64,000 bases of DNA from NCBI GenBank assembly GCA_047946875.1, contig CP181398.1, forward strand, positions 271,154-335,153, read 5' to 3'. Under the pieces are notes generated by a model. It was not told where the DNA came from and did not search any database. It saw nothing but the letters and a program-made list of their open reading frames with translations. Positions 1 through 9,188 of the stretch are shown in pieces. This DNA comes from Candidatus Kerfeldbacteria bacterium. Lineage in GTDB: Bacteria; Patescibacteriota; Patescibacteriia; UBA10025; JAHIVO01. Positions within the stretch are counted from its first letter, which is position 1. Each line of letters opens with the position of its first letter. The position numbers and the translations under genes are program-made.

Positions 1-2
1 AA

Positions 3-557
3 GAAAATAATCTTGATATTAAATTTGGTGGACAATTCACTATTGATTTAGCAATTAAACATTTTAAACCAATAGTGGCTTTAAACAAGTTTGATTTTGA
101 CTATATCTTCTTTGGTCTAGAAACTATTGATCCAGAGTCTGTTGGCGGTATAGATAAGGTTCGTTCTGCTAATGGAGTAAGCTGGCTACAAAGAGCTGAA
201 AAACTATTTTGTGATCTATATGATCATGGAATTAATTCGGGGGTGTCTTTACTATTTGGTTTAGGTGAATCTAGACAGGATCGTATCAACCTTTTTGAAC
301 AAATTGGTAAATGGCAACGTGATTTTAAATTTCCAAATACCGTAAGTTTGAATTGGGCAGTGCAACATCCTCTCAAGGGCAATGATCAAGGTATGAATTA
401 TAATTATCTTAATTGGGGAATCCCTGACGATGAGTATTTAGAAGCTATGCAAATCTTTGGTGAAGCTTCTTTGCTTTATCCTATTGCTGGTCAGTCAAGT
501 CCAATACTCGCAGAAGTAAAAGAAATCAGTGAACTTTATAAAAAATTGTTATATTAG
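3..557 (+). CDS. Radical-SAM-like protein, C-terminal part (5' end outside window; GTG at 75 is only an internal candidate start)
   Basis: The frame is open from position 3 with no upstream stop. Motifs FGLETIDPES and SLLFGLGESRQD resemble the C-terminal half of a radical SAM barrel. Confidence 0.4.
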   Translation, partial: ENNLDIKFGGQFTIDLAIKHFKPIVALNKFDFDYIFFGLETIDPESVGGIDKVRSANGVSWLQRAEKLFCDLYDHGINSGVSLLFGLGESRQDRINLFEQIGKWQRDFKFPNTVSLNWAVQHPLKGNDQGMNYNYLNWGIPDDEYLEAMQIFGEASLLYPIAGQSSPILAEVKEISELYKKLLY

Positions 558-600
558 TAAGTAATTTGCTATTATTAATGTAATAGAAAGGATAATTATT

Positions 601-1260
601 ATGGTAGATTTTTCTATCAGTTCTAAACTAAAGAAAGCTGCTCCTAATTTAGTTCTAGGGGTAGTTACTGCCTCGGTAGAAGTTACTAAGCATGACAATA
701 CACTGTGGAGTGAGATAAATGGAGTTATTAAAAAACTTAAAGATTCTATTTCCATAGAACAGTCTTTACATTTACCACCTGTAGAAGCTTTGCGTTCTGC
801 CTACAAAGCATTAGGTAAAGATCCTTCTCGTTATCGTAGTTCAGCAGAAGCTTTACTTCGTCGCATTATTCAAGGGAAAGGTTTGTATCAGATTAATACA
901 ATTGTTGATATAAATAATTTAGTTTCTTTGGAGACTATGCATTCAGTGGGCTCATATAGTTTGGACAAATTAAATAGCCCAATTGAATTCGGAGTTGGTA
1001 ATTCTGATGAACAATACAAAGGTATTGGTAAAGAGATGATTAATATTACCGAGCTGCCTGTCTTCCGAGATCAGGTTGGTCCGTTTGGATCGCCAACTAG
1101 TGATTCAGAACGAGCGATGATTTCTCTTGATGCTACTAGTATCATGATGGTAATTATTTCTTTTTCCGGTCAAAAAGGGTTGAATGATTCCATTCAACGT
1201 TTAGTTGGATTGCTTCAGGTATACTCCAAAGCTACTAATATCGAGACAGTAATAGTGTAA
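601..1260 (+). CDS. B3/4 (PheT-like tRNA-binding) domain protein
   Basis: LRSAYKALGKDPSRYRSSAEALLRR resembles stand-alone B3/4 domain proteins. SD-like AGGA lies upstream. Confidence 0.55.
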   Translation: MVDFSISSKLKKAAPNLVLGVVTASVEVTKHDNTLWSEINGVIKKLKDSISIEQSLHLPPVEALRSAYKALGKDPSRYRSSAEALLRRIIQGKGLYQINTIVDINNLVSLETMHSVGSYSLDKLNSPIEFGVGNSDEQYKGIGKEMINITELPVFRDQVGPFGSPTSDSERAMISLDATSIMMVIISFSGQKGLNDSIQRLVGLLQVYSKATNIETVIV

Positions 1261-1290
1261 TCGAAAGTTGATAGAGTAGGAGGTATTATT

Positions 1291-2004
1291 TTGACAGATA
1301 ATACAAATTTCTATGCTAATGGACTTGGTGATCAATTAATTGATGAGTCATGTTATCCGCAGTCAATTAAAGATTTTTTACGTGACGAGGAAGCATACCT
1401 AACTATTATTAGTTCTTCATTCGATATTTTAGTTGAAGTTGGATGTATGCATGGACGGTATCTTGATTGGACTGTTAAGAATGGTAAGAAATATATTGGC
1501 ATTGATCCGGTGAAAAGATATATTACAGTAGGTAAGAATTCTGTAAGTTCTTTAGAATTAGATCCCGAGGATTATAAATTTATTCTTGGCTCTGCCGAAG
1601 ATTTACCTTTATTGTTATCAGATGTTTTGTCTAATCAAAGTAAAGGAAGAGTATTACTTCTTTTCCCATTTAATTGTATTGGTAATATGTCTGATTTATC
1701 AGCAGTGCTTAAGTCTGTTCATGACACAGGTTTTTCCTATCTGATAAGTACCTATAATACGGATAGCTATGCTAATTATTGCCGAATGGAGTACTATCAA
1801 CAATGTGGTTTCAAAATGATTAAGATGGATTTGAAATCAGAGGGTATTTTATTTACCTCAGTTGATGATCTACATACCATAGCGTATCATATCAATTACT
1901 TTCAATCTCAATGTGACCATGTCAATCTTGGTTGCGTGCCTATTATATTATCAAATCTATTGGTAATGTATGGTAACTTTAATGTAAGTAGTTTTATCTT
2001 ATAA
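1291..2004 (+). CDS. Class I SAM-dependent methyltransferase (TTG start)
   Basis: Motif-I-like ILVEVGCMHGRYL. RBS GTAGGAGG sits 6 nt upstream. Confidence 0.5.
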   Translation: MTDNTNFYANGLGDQLIDESCYPQSIKDFLRDEEAYLTIISSSFDILVEVGCMHGRYLDWTVKNGKKYIGIDPVKRYITVGKNSVSSLELDPEDYKFILGSAEDLPLLLSDVLSNQSKGRVLLLFPFNCIGNMSDLSAVLKSVHDTGFSYLISTYNTDSYANYCRMEYYQQCGFKMIKMDLKSEGILFTSVDDLHTIAYHINYFQSQCDHVNLGCVPIILSNLLVMYGNFNVSSFIL

Positions 2005-2115
2005 TCTCCTATGTTTTTACATGGGAGGTTTTTATTTTACAAAATTGTATTTTTTAACTATAATATGAATATTGTAAAGGAGCGATTTAATTAAGATTGA
2101 CATAGGATTATAAAT

Positions 2116-2153
2116 AAGCTAACGTAAATTAAAATATGTAGTAAACGTTAGCT
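2116..2153 (+). promoter_or_regulatory. 10-bp perfect hairpin in the proS leader
   Basis: AAGCTAACGT...ACGTTAGCT lies 35 nt upstream of the proS ATG and is not followed by a T-run. Confidence 0.3.
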
Positions 2154-2187
2154 CTTTATAAAAATTAATTAATATATTATAGCTAGT

Positions 2188-3657
2188 ATGACAGAAAAAA
2201 TATCAAATAGGAGTAACGAAATGAGAAAAAAAGTTAAAAAAGCTGATAATCTGTCAGAGTGGTATTTAACTGTAGTACAAGAGGGTAAATTTGCTGATTA
2301 TGCCCCAGTTAAAGGAACGATGATTATTAGACCAAACGGTTATGCTCTATGGGAAGCAGTGGTGCGGATTTTTGATTTGCGTATTAAACAGATGGGCGTA
2401 GAAAATGGTTATTTTCCACTTTTTATACCGATGAGTTTTCTTGAACGTGAAAAAGATCATGTTGAAGGTTTCAGCCCTGAGCTTGCTGTCGTGACTCACG
2501 GTGGTGGCAAAAAGTTGGAAGAATCAATAGCTGTCCGGCCAACCTCTGAGACAATCATGTATGATGCATATGCAAGGTGGATAACATCATATCGTGATTT
2601 ACCTCTAAAGCTTAATCAATGGTGTAATGTTGTTCGTTGGGAAAAGAGAACTTTCCCTTTCTTGAGAACTACAGAGTTTCTCTGGCAAGAAGGTCATACT
2701 GCTCATGAAACACATGAAGAAGCTGCTAAACAAGTAGAAGCTGCTCTCAATCATTATGCAGAATTTTTGCGTGAAACTCTAGCCTTACCTATTGTAATTG
2801 GTAAGAAGTCAAAGAGTGAGACATTTGCCGGAGCTTTATATACATTTTCTTGTGAAGCTTTGATGCCTGATGGTAAAGCTTTGCAAGTGGCAACATCTCA
2901 TCATCTTGGACAGAATTTTTCCAAGGAATTAGCTTTTAACATTTCTTTTCAAAATCGTGATGATCAGCCTGACTTTGTCCATCAAACAAGTTGGGGAATG
3001 TCTACTAGAGTTATTGGTGGATTACTTATGACGCACGGTGATGACAAGGGAGCAATTATCCCACCGCGGATGGCTGCTCAGCAAATAACCGTTATTCCGA
3101 TTACGAGAAAAAATGAGGATGAAAAATTAGTATTTAATTTTACTGATCTTGTTATTTCTCAGTTGGCGAAAGATGATTACACGGCTAAAGCTGATGATAG
3201 GGAAAAAACTTCACCTGGCTCAAAATTTCATGATTGGGAAATAGTCGGAGTACCACTTAGGATTGATATTGGTCCAAACGAAGTAAAAGACAAAGCTGTT
3301 GTCGTAGTCAGACGTGACACTGGAGAAAAAGAAACAGTTGCTCTCGCTGATCTTAATAAGCGAGTTGGAGAATTACTTGAAGCAATTCAAGAAAATCTTT
3401 ATCAGAGAGCAGTTGATTTTTTGGAATCCAGAACTACTTCTGCCACGACGATGGATGATTTTCAAAAACAGATCAAAGAAACACCTGGATTTATTCGTGC
3501 TGATTGGTGTGGTGATCCTAAGTGTGAAGAAGTAATTAAAGACAAAACTTCTGCTACAGCCCGTGTTATACCGTTCGAAGAGCCAGCTGAAATTGGTAAG
3601 TGTATTGTTTGTGAAAAACAAGGTAAGTATCAACCTCTTTGGTCGAAGTCATATTAA
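2188..3657 (+). CDS. proS: Prolyl-tRNA synthetase (archaeal/eukaryotic-type class II)
   Basis: Full-length ProRS similarity (FPLFIPMSFLEREKDHVEGFSPELAVVTH, RVIPFEE). Zn-binding C-terminus ends in Y. Confidence 0.9.
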   Translation: MTEKISNRSNEMRKKVKKADNLSEWYLTVVQEGKFADYAPVKGTMIIRPNGYALWEAVVRIFDLRIKQMGVENGYFPLFIPMSFLEREKDHVEGFSPELAVVTHGGGKKLEESIAVRPTSETIMYDAYARWITSYRDLPLKLNQWCNVVRWEKRTFPFLRTTEFLWQEGHTAHETHEEAAKQVEAALNHYAEFLRETLALPIVIGKKSKSETFAGALYTFSCEALMPDGKALQVATSHHLGQNFSKELAFNISFQNRDDQPDFVHQTSWGMSTRVIGGLLMTHGDDKGAIIPPRMAAQQITVIPITRKNEDEKLVFNFTDLVISQLAKDDYTAKADDREKTSPGSKFHDWEIVGVPLRIDIGPNEVKDKAVVVVRRDTGEKETVALADLNKRVGELLEAIQENLYQRAVDFLESRTTSATTMDDFQKQIKETPGFIRADWCGDPKCEEVIKDKTSATARVIPFEEPAEIGKCIVCEKQGKYQPLWSKSY

Positions 3658-3670
3658 TTAATTTACTTTA

Positions 3671-3712
3671 TTTATAAAACCACTAACAGTTTCATAAGTT
3701 GGTGGTTTTTTA
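3671..3712 (+). terminator. Rho-independent terminator after proS
   Basis: AAACCAC...GTGGTTT stem followed by TTTTTATTTT. Confidence 0.5.
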
Positions 3713-3769
3713 TTTTGACTTAGAATCTAAAATATGGTATTTTTCAGCTAACTTTACTAATTAAGTATT

Positions 3770-4843
3770 ATGAAAAATAAAAGAATTGTTATCAAGGTTG
3801 GGACAAATGTTCTAATGTCCAATGGAGATAAATTAAAAAAAGATAATCTAATAAATATTGTCAATCAAGTTGCTTGGTTAAAAGAACAGGGTTGGCAGGC
3901 TATTTTGGTTACTTCGGGTGCTGTTGCGGCCGGACAAGATGGAATAGATCTGAAGGGTATCAAAGAGGTGGGTGTTAAACGCCAAGTTTATGCTGCGATT
4001 GGACAAGTATCGCTTATGGAATATTATCGGGAATTATTTGAAAAATTTAATATAACTATAGCTCAGGCGTTACTGATTAGAGATGATTTTGTTAATAGAA
4101 GTCGTTATTTAAATGTTCATCAAACTTTGGAACATTTACTAAACCAAAACGTTGTTACAATCATAAATGAAAATGATGTGATTACTACACATGAATCCAC
4201 CTTTGGTGATAATGATTCTCTGGCAGCAAATACTGCTATTAGTATTTCGGCAGATTATTTAATTCTCTTAACAAATATAGATGGTCTGTATGATAGTGAT
4301 CCTGCTGAAAATAAACAGGCACAATTAATTTCTGAAGTTAAAGAGTTTGATAGTAAACTAATGGATATGTGTTTTACACAAAAGGATTCATCTGGGATGG
4401 GTGGAATGATTTCAAAATTGCAGGCTGCAAAGTTAGCAACTAGTGCTGGTATTCAGACTATTGTGGCCAATGGTTTGGATAAAGATATTATAAAAAATAT
4501 TATTAATGGTAAGAAAATTGGTACAAAGTTTTTGGCTAAAAAGTTGGATATTAATAGTAAGGAGAGATGGTTTTTGAGTGGTAAGAATCTGGGTTCAGCT
4601 TTAGTAATCGATGATGGTGCAGTAAATGCACTGCTCAATAGAAAAAGTTTATTAATGGTTGGTGTAAAATCATTAAAAGGTAGTTTCAAAGTAGATGAAG
4701 TTATTGAAATATTGAATCAAAATAATAAAACAATTGGATATGGACGTATTAATTTTGATTCCATTGAATTGAAGAATGCTTTTAAAAATCCTAAATCATT
4801 GCCACGAGAAATAATTCACGCTGATAATTTATTGATAATTTAG
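3770..4843 (+). CDS. proB: Glutamate 5-kinase with C-terminal PUA domain
   Basis: IVIKVGTNVL N-terminus and amino-acid-kinase fold motifs, about 357 aa. Confidence 0.9.
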   Translation: MKNKRIVIKVGTNVLMSNGDKLKKDNLINIVNQVAWLKEQGWQAILVTSGAVAAGQDGIDLKGIKEVGVKRQVYAAIGQVSLMEYYRELFEKFNITIAQALLIRDDFVNRSRYLNVHQTLEHLLNQNVVTIINENDVITTHESTFGDNDSLAANTAISISADYLILLTNIDGLYDSDPAENKQAQLISEVKEFDSKLMDMCFTQKDSSGMGGMISKLQAAKLATSAGIQTIVANGLDKDIIKNIINGKKIGTKFLAKKLDINSKERWFLSGKNLGSALVIDDGAVNALLNRKSLLMVGVKSLKGSFKVDEVIEILNQNNKTIGYGRINFDSIELKNAFKNPKSLPREIIHADNLLII

Positions 4844-4845
4844 AT

Positions 4846-5673
4846 ATGAATTTAAAAAAAATAAAATTTGGTATTATTGGTGGAGGAGTAATGGGAGAAG
4901 TACTAATAAAATCATTAAGACAAGAATTAAAGATTTCTGGTCAGAATATTTTGGTTATGGATTTACATACAGTTCGGAGAAATAGTTTGACTAGGAAATA
5001 TCAAGTCAAAAATACCAAAGAGTATAATGATATAATTAATAATTCTAAGATTATATTTTTGGCTGTAAAACCTCAACAATTCAAGCAAGTTGCTTCGCAA
5101 TTAACAAAAAGATTATCTAAAGACCGAATCATTATCTCAATCATGGCTGGAATAACTTTGGCAGGTATCAAAAAACGTCTATCTCATCAGCAGGTTGTCC
5201 GAACAATGCCAAATATGGCTGCTCAGATTGGTTCAGGAATAACTCTATGGATGGCTGATAAAAGTGTGAAACAGTCAGATCGAAAAATAATTAAGGATGT
5301 GATTACTTCTTTTGGTATGGAGATAGAAGTTGATAGTGATAAAAAAATTGATGCTTTAACATTAGTTACTGGGTGTGGACCAGCTTATCTTTTACATTTG
5401 TCAGGAATTTTAGAAGATTTTACCAAACAACAAGGTATTAAATCAATTCAAGCAAAAAAAATAGTTACTGAGATGATGGCTGGAGCTTTGGTTTTATACT
5501 TACAGTCAAACAAAGATACAAAAGATTTGATTAATAATATGTCATCAAAAGGTGGCGTGACTGAAGCTGTGTTTGATATATTATCCAAGAAGAATAAATC
5601 AGAAAAAATATGGCAAAATGCTTTTAAAAATGCATTGAAACGAACATCAATAATAAGTAAAAAATATGAATAA
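4846..5673 (+). CDS. proC: Pyrroline-5-carboxylate reductase
   Basis: GIIGGGVMG Rossmann motif, RTMPNMAAQIGSG, SKGGVTEA. Confidence 0.85.
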   Translation: MNLKKIKFGIIGGGVMGEVLIKSLRQELKISGQNILVMDLHTVRRNSLTRKYQVKNTKEYNDIINNSKIIFLAVKPQQFKQVASQLTKRLSKDRIIISIMAGITLAGIKKRLSHQQVVRTMPNMAAQIGSGITLWMADKSVKQSDRKIIKDVITSFGMEIEVDSDKKIDALTLVTGCGPAYLLHLSGILEDFTKQQGIKSIQAKKIVTEMMAGALVLYLQSNKDTKDLINNMSSKGGVTEAVFDILSKKNKSEKIWQNAFKNALKRTSIISKKYE

Positions 5674-6925
5674 AAATTTTTATAATACCGTAAAAAAAAT
5701 TAAACTGATTTCACGTAATTTTTCTATTATTAGTACCGGTAAAAAGAATAAGATATTGGTTGATTTAGCAAAAGAGATTAACAAAAATAAAAAAATTATT
5801 CTAAAGGCGAATACAAAAGATCTAGCAAAATTTTCTGCCAAACATCCTTTATATGACCGTTTACTATTAACTGAAGAGAGAATAGAAGGAATAGTTGCAA
5901 GCATCAAATCAGTTGTGAAATTAACAGATCCTATTGGTCAAGTATTAGATAAAAGAGTATTAAAAAATAAAATTAAAGTATCACGAGTTCGGGTTCCTTT
6001 TGGAGTAATTGGTGTAATTTATGAATCTCGTCCTAACGTTACTATAGAAGTTGCTAGTCTTTGCATTAAGACTGGAAATACAGTAATACTTCGTGGTGGA
6101 AGTGATGCTGCAAATACAAACGAAGTGCTTGTTAAACTGATTCAAAAAACATTAGTAAAAAATAAATTATCAAAAGATATTGTTTATCTTGCATCATCAA
6201 AAGATAGGTCTGCCGTGAGTGATATGATGGCGATGGATGATTTGATTGATGTAATTATCCCGCGTGGAGGAAAAGGGTTGATAAATTTTGTTAGAGAGAA
6301 TTCTTTAGTACCTGTGATAGAGACAGGTGCCGGAGTTTGTCACACTTACGTAGAGTCCACAGCTGATATTAATAGAGCAGTGGAAATTATTTTTAATGCT
6401 AAGACGCAACGACCTTCTGTTTGCAATGCACTTGATACAGTTGTTGTAGATAAGAAAATACTTAATAAATTATTACCCAAATTAGCTAAACGATTACAAG
6501 ACAAAAAAGTAGTCATAAAAGCAGATGCTCAGAGTTTTGCTATCCTTCAAAAATATTACTCTAAAAATTTATTAAAAAGATCTACTAGCAAGGATTATGG
6601 TAAAGAGTTTATGAGTTTAACTATGGCCATTAAAACAGTTAAGGATTTTAATGAAGCGTTGAACTTTGTTCAAGCAAATACTTCTGGTCATTCTGAAGCA
6701 ATACTAAGTAAAAATAAGAAATATATAGAAACGTTTTTAGGTATAGTAGATGCAGCTGCTGTTTATGCTAATACTTCGACGCGTTATACAGATGGTTTCG
6801 AATTTGGTTTAGGTGCTGAGATAGGAATTAGTACACAGAAATTACACGCAAGAGGTCCTATGGGACTTGAAGCATTAACGTCATACAAATGGGTAATAGT
6901 TGGGCAAGGACAAGTTAGACCTTAG
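5666..6925 (+). CDS. proA: Gamma-glutamyl phosphate reductase
   Basis: ESRPNVTIEVASLCIKTGNTVILRGGS and the catalytic-Cys context RPSVCNALDTV. Confidence 0.9.
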   Translation: MNKNFYNTVKKIKLISRNFSIISTGKKNKILVDLAKEINKNKKIILKANTKDLAKFSAKHPLYDRLLLTEERIEGIVASIKSVVKLTDPIGQVLDKRVLKNKIKVSRVRVPFGVIGVIYESRPNVTIEVASLCIKTGNTVILRGGSDAANTNEVLVKLIQKTLVKNKLSKDIVYLASSKDRSAVSDMMAMDDLIDVIIPRGGKGLINFVRENSLVPVIETGAGVCHTYVESTADINRAVEIIFNAKTQRPSVCNALDTVVVDKKILNKLLPKLAKRLQDKKVVIKADAQSFAILQKYYSKNLLKRSTSKDYGKEFMSLTMAIKTVKDFNEALNFVQANTSGHSEAILSKNKKYIETFLGIVDAAAVYANTSTRYTDGFEFGLGAEIGISTQKLHARGPMGLEALTSYKWVIVGQGQVRP

Positions 6926-7088
6926 CTAGATTATGCAATTATATATAGTAAATATAGGCATCCTTGCCAATAGTTAGTTTTTTTGATAAGATATGTTATA
7001 AAAGAAATACAAGTTCTACTGAAATAAAGAGCCGGATTATAGTATAGCTCTTTAATAACCAAAAACCATTTATCGGAGGTATTATCAG

Positions 7089-8447
7089 ATGACGGAGAAA
7101 TTTAAAACTCCTGATCCAACCATGCCCACTTCCGCAGACGTAGTTGTTATCGGAGGCGGTACTATTGGTGCTCTGGTTACTTTACAATTGCAGGAAGCGG
7201 GCTTGAAGACAGTCTGTGTGGAAGCGCACAGTACTAATTTTGGCAGTTCTAGTCGTTCAGCTGCCGCAGCTCGTCAACAGTTTGGTATGGAAGCCAATAT
7301 TACGATGCAACTCTATTCTGTGGATTTTTTCGCAAATTGGAAAAAAACTTTAGGTGGCACAACGCCACCAATGCATCAAGTTGGCTATCATTTCATGTTC
7401 GACAACAATTTTACAGACAATGGCAGTACTCGGGTTGACTCTAAGGCTGTCGTAGCTGCGAAACTCAAACGAGTTGAAAAGCAACGAGCTCTCGGACTCA
7501 ATGATGTAGAATTATTGATGCCGGATGAAGTAGCCGAACGTTTTCCCTACGTTGATACTTCTGAGTTGGCCTGCTCAACTTTTTGCCAGACAGATGGATA
7601 TTGTTATCCTAATGTCATCACCAATGATGGTTTCGATCGAGCCAAATCTTTAGGAGCAACTTTGCTTCAAAATACTTTGGTTTCAGGATTTAAAACTGAC
7701 AGTAATGGTAACATTACGGCAGTTGTAACCAACAAAGGTGAGATACCTTGTCAGTATGTAGTTAATGCTGCTGGTGTCTGGGCATCACGAGTTGGTGATA
7801 TGGTAGGTACAGAATTACCAATCAGTCCAGTACGACGCTATCTGTATTTTATGGGTCCTAATCTTGGTCAACTTGATTATGATTCATTTGCTAAGAAGAA
7901 TAATCTGCCTATGCCTATGTCAGATATGCCCTTCACGGTCACTCCTAATGGTGCTTACTGTCGTGCTGATGGTAAACAATTCATGCTCGGTTGGGACCGT
8001 CGTCCATCGGAAGATGTAATATATGATTTACCTAGTTTGGTAGATCATGACGCTTCTATTCAAGCACAGGATATCATTCAAGATGGTTTTAGAACCAATG
8101 ATGATCCGAGCTATGCTGAAGAGATGTGTATGGAAGTATCTGAACGACTTCCGTTCGTATTGGATCATTGTGGCTTTGCTTCTGCCACTTCCGGTTTCTA
8201 TGGAATTACGGCTGATCATAGTCCAATTATCAGTTTTGATTCTAATGCTAAGAATTTGATTCATTGCACCGGTTTTTCTGGTCATGGAATCATGCAAGGT
8301 CCAGCGGCTGGTAAGTTAGTGATAGATCTTATCACTGGTAATACTAGTCCTATTGTTGATCCTTTTGTTTATAGCTTAGGTGGTCTTTTGAGTCATCTTA
8401 ATGGTGATACAAAAAATGCTCGTCCGGCTGAGCACATGGTTATCTAA
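7089..8447 (+). CDS. FAD-dependent oxidoreductase, DAO family (sarcosine-oxidase-beta / proline-dehydrogenase-beta-like)
   Basis: VVVIGGGTIG dinucleotide motif. About 47% GC against a roughly 30% background. SD GGAGG upstream. Confidence 0.75.
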   Translation: MTEKFKTPDPTMPTSADVVVIGGGTIGALVTLQLQEAGLKTVCVEAHSTNFGSSSRSAAAARQQFGMEANITMQLYSVDFFANWKKTLGGTTPPMHQVGYHFMFDNNFTDNGSTRVDSKAVVAAKLKRVEKQRALGLNDVELLMPDEVAERFPYVDTSELACSTFCQTDGYCYPNVITNDGFDRAKSLGATLLQNTLVSGFKTDSNGNITAVVTNKGEIPCQYVVNAAGVWASRVGDMVGTELPISPVRRYLYFMGPNLGQLDYDSFAKKNNLPMPMSDMPFTVTPNGAYCRADGKQFMLGWDRRPSEDVIYDLPSLVDHDASIQAQDIIQDGFRTNDDPSYAEEMCMEVSERLPFVLDHCGFASATSGFYGITADHSPIISFDSNAKNLIHCTGFSGHGIMQGPAAGKLVIDLITGNTSPIVDPFVYSLGGLLSHLNGDTKNARPAEHMVI

Positions 8448-8483
8448 TAAAAGGTTTGTAATATGGAACTGTTTGAAAGTTAA

Positions 8484-8520
8484 CCTCAGAATTATTAAAA
8501 TAATTCTGGGGTTTTTTATT
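8484..8520 (+). terminator. Hairpin terminator (13-bp stem)
   Basis: CCTCAGAATTATT-AAA-AATAATTCTGGGG followed by TTTTTT. Confidence 0.5.
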
Positions 8521-8543
8521 CTAATTTATGGAAATAATAAAAT

Positions 8544-9074
8544 TTATACTTGGTAGACACGTACTTTGCTTGATTTTGTATTGCCAGGATCAAGGTCAAT
8601 GATTTGTATTTCTTTTTCATTTTCTATTTTATCACCTAGTACTATAACTTTGGTGCCTGTCTTACATTCTTTTTTTATTTTTTCCCATATTTTGGCTACT
8701 ACGGACTCGATTAGAAAAAGGTAAATCATATCAGCATTTGAAATATTTGCGGAAAAAAAATCTTTACGAATAAATTTGATTTTTGAACCAATTAATTTGG
8801 CTTTGATTTTAGAAAACAAAACATGTAGAGAAGATAGTTCATATCCTACAAGTTCTTTTGGATTGAATTTTTCTGTTGCGAATAAGAAGTCTCCTTTACC
8901 ACTACCAAGATCATATATGATAGTTTGGTCTGATATTTTTACTTTATCAAAAATTTTGACTACATATTTTTTGTCTATAATTACAAACGGGACTTTTACT
9001 CTTGAATATAAAAATAGTAGGTAAATTAAATATAGTATTGGTAGAATAAAAATAATATAAGTAAATGTTTTCAT
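8544..9074 (-). CDS. Membrane-anchored class I SAM methyltransferase
   Basis: N-terminal TM helix followed by IIYDLGSGKGDFL motif I. Confidence 0.5.
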   Translation of the reverse strand: MKTFTYIIFILPILYLIYLLFLYSRVKVPFVIIDKKYVVKIFDKVKISDQTIIYDLGSGKGDFLFATEKFNPKELVGYELSSLHVLFSKIKAKLIGSKIKFIRKDFFSANISNADMIYLFLIESVVAKIWEKIKKECKTGTKVIVLGDKIENEKEIQIIDLDPGNTKSSKVRVYQV

Positions 9075-9188
9075 AGATTAATCTTAATTTGTTGTTTTTA
9101 TAATAGCATGGTATTAGATAAATAAATCTCTTATATTAAATTGAATTTTCTGTTAGAATAATATTATAAGATAATTAAATATATTAGT

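Noticed and set aside
549-755. Many minus- or plus-strand ORFs of 60-120 aa nested inside confidently assigned genes (for example 549-755, 3314-3633, 4453-4689, 5680-5907, 8028-8297, 9319-10444, 14834-15097, 15386-15664, 23201-23668, 27052-27312, 30298-30570, 37006-37773, 41892-42650, 58456-58818).
   Set aside because: They overlap genes with strong family signatures, are low complexity, and lack RBSs. This is typical AT-rich shadow ORF behaviour.
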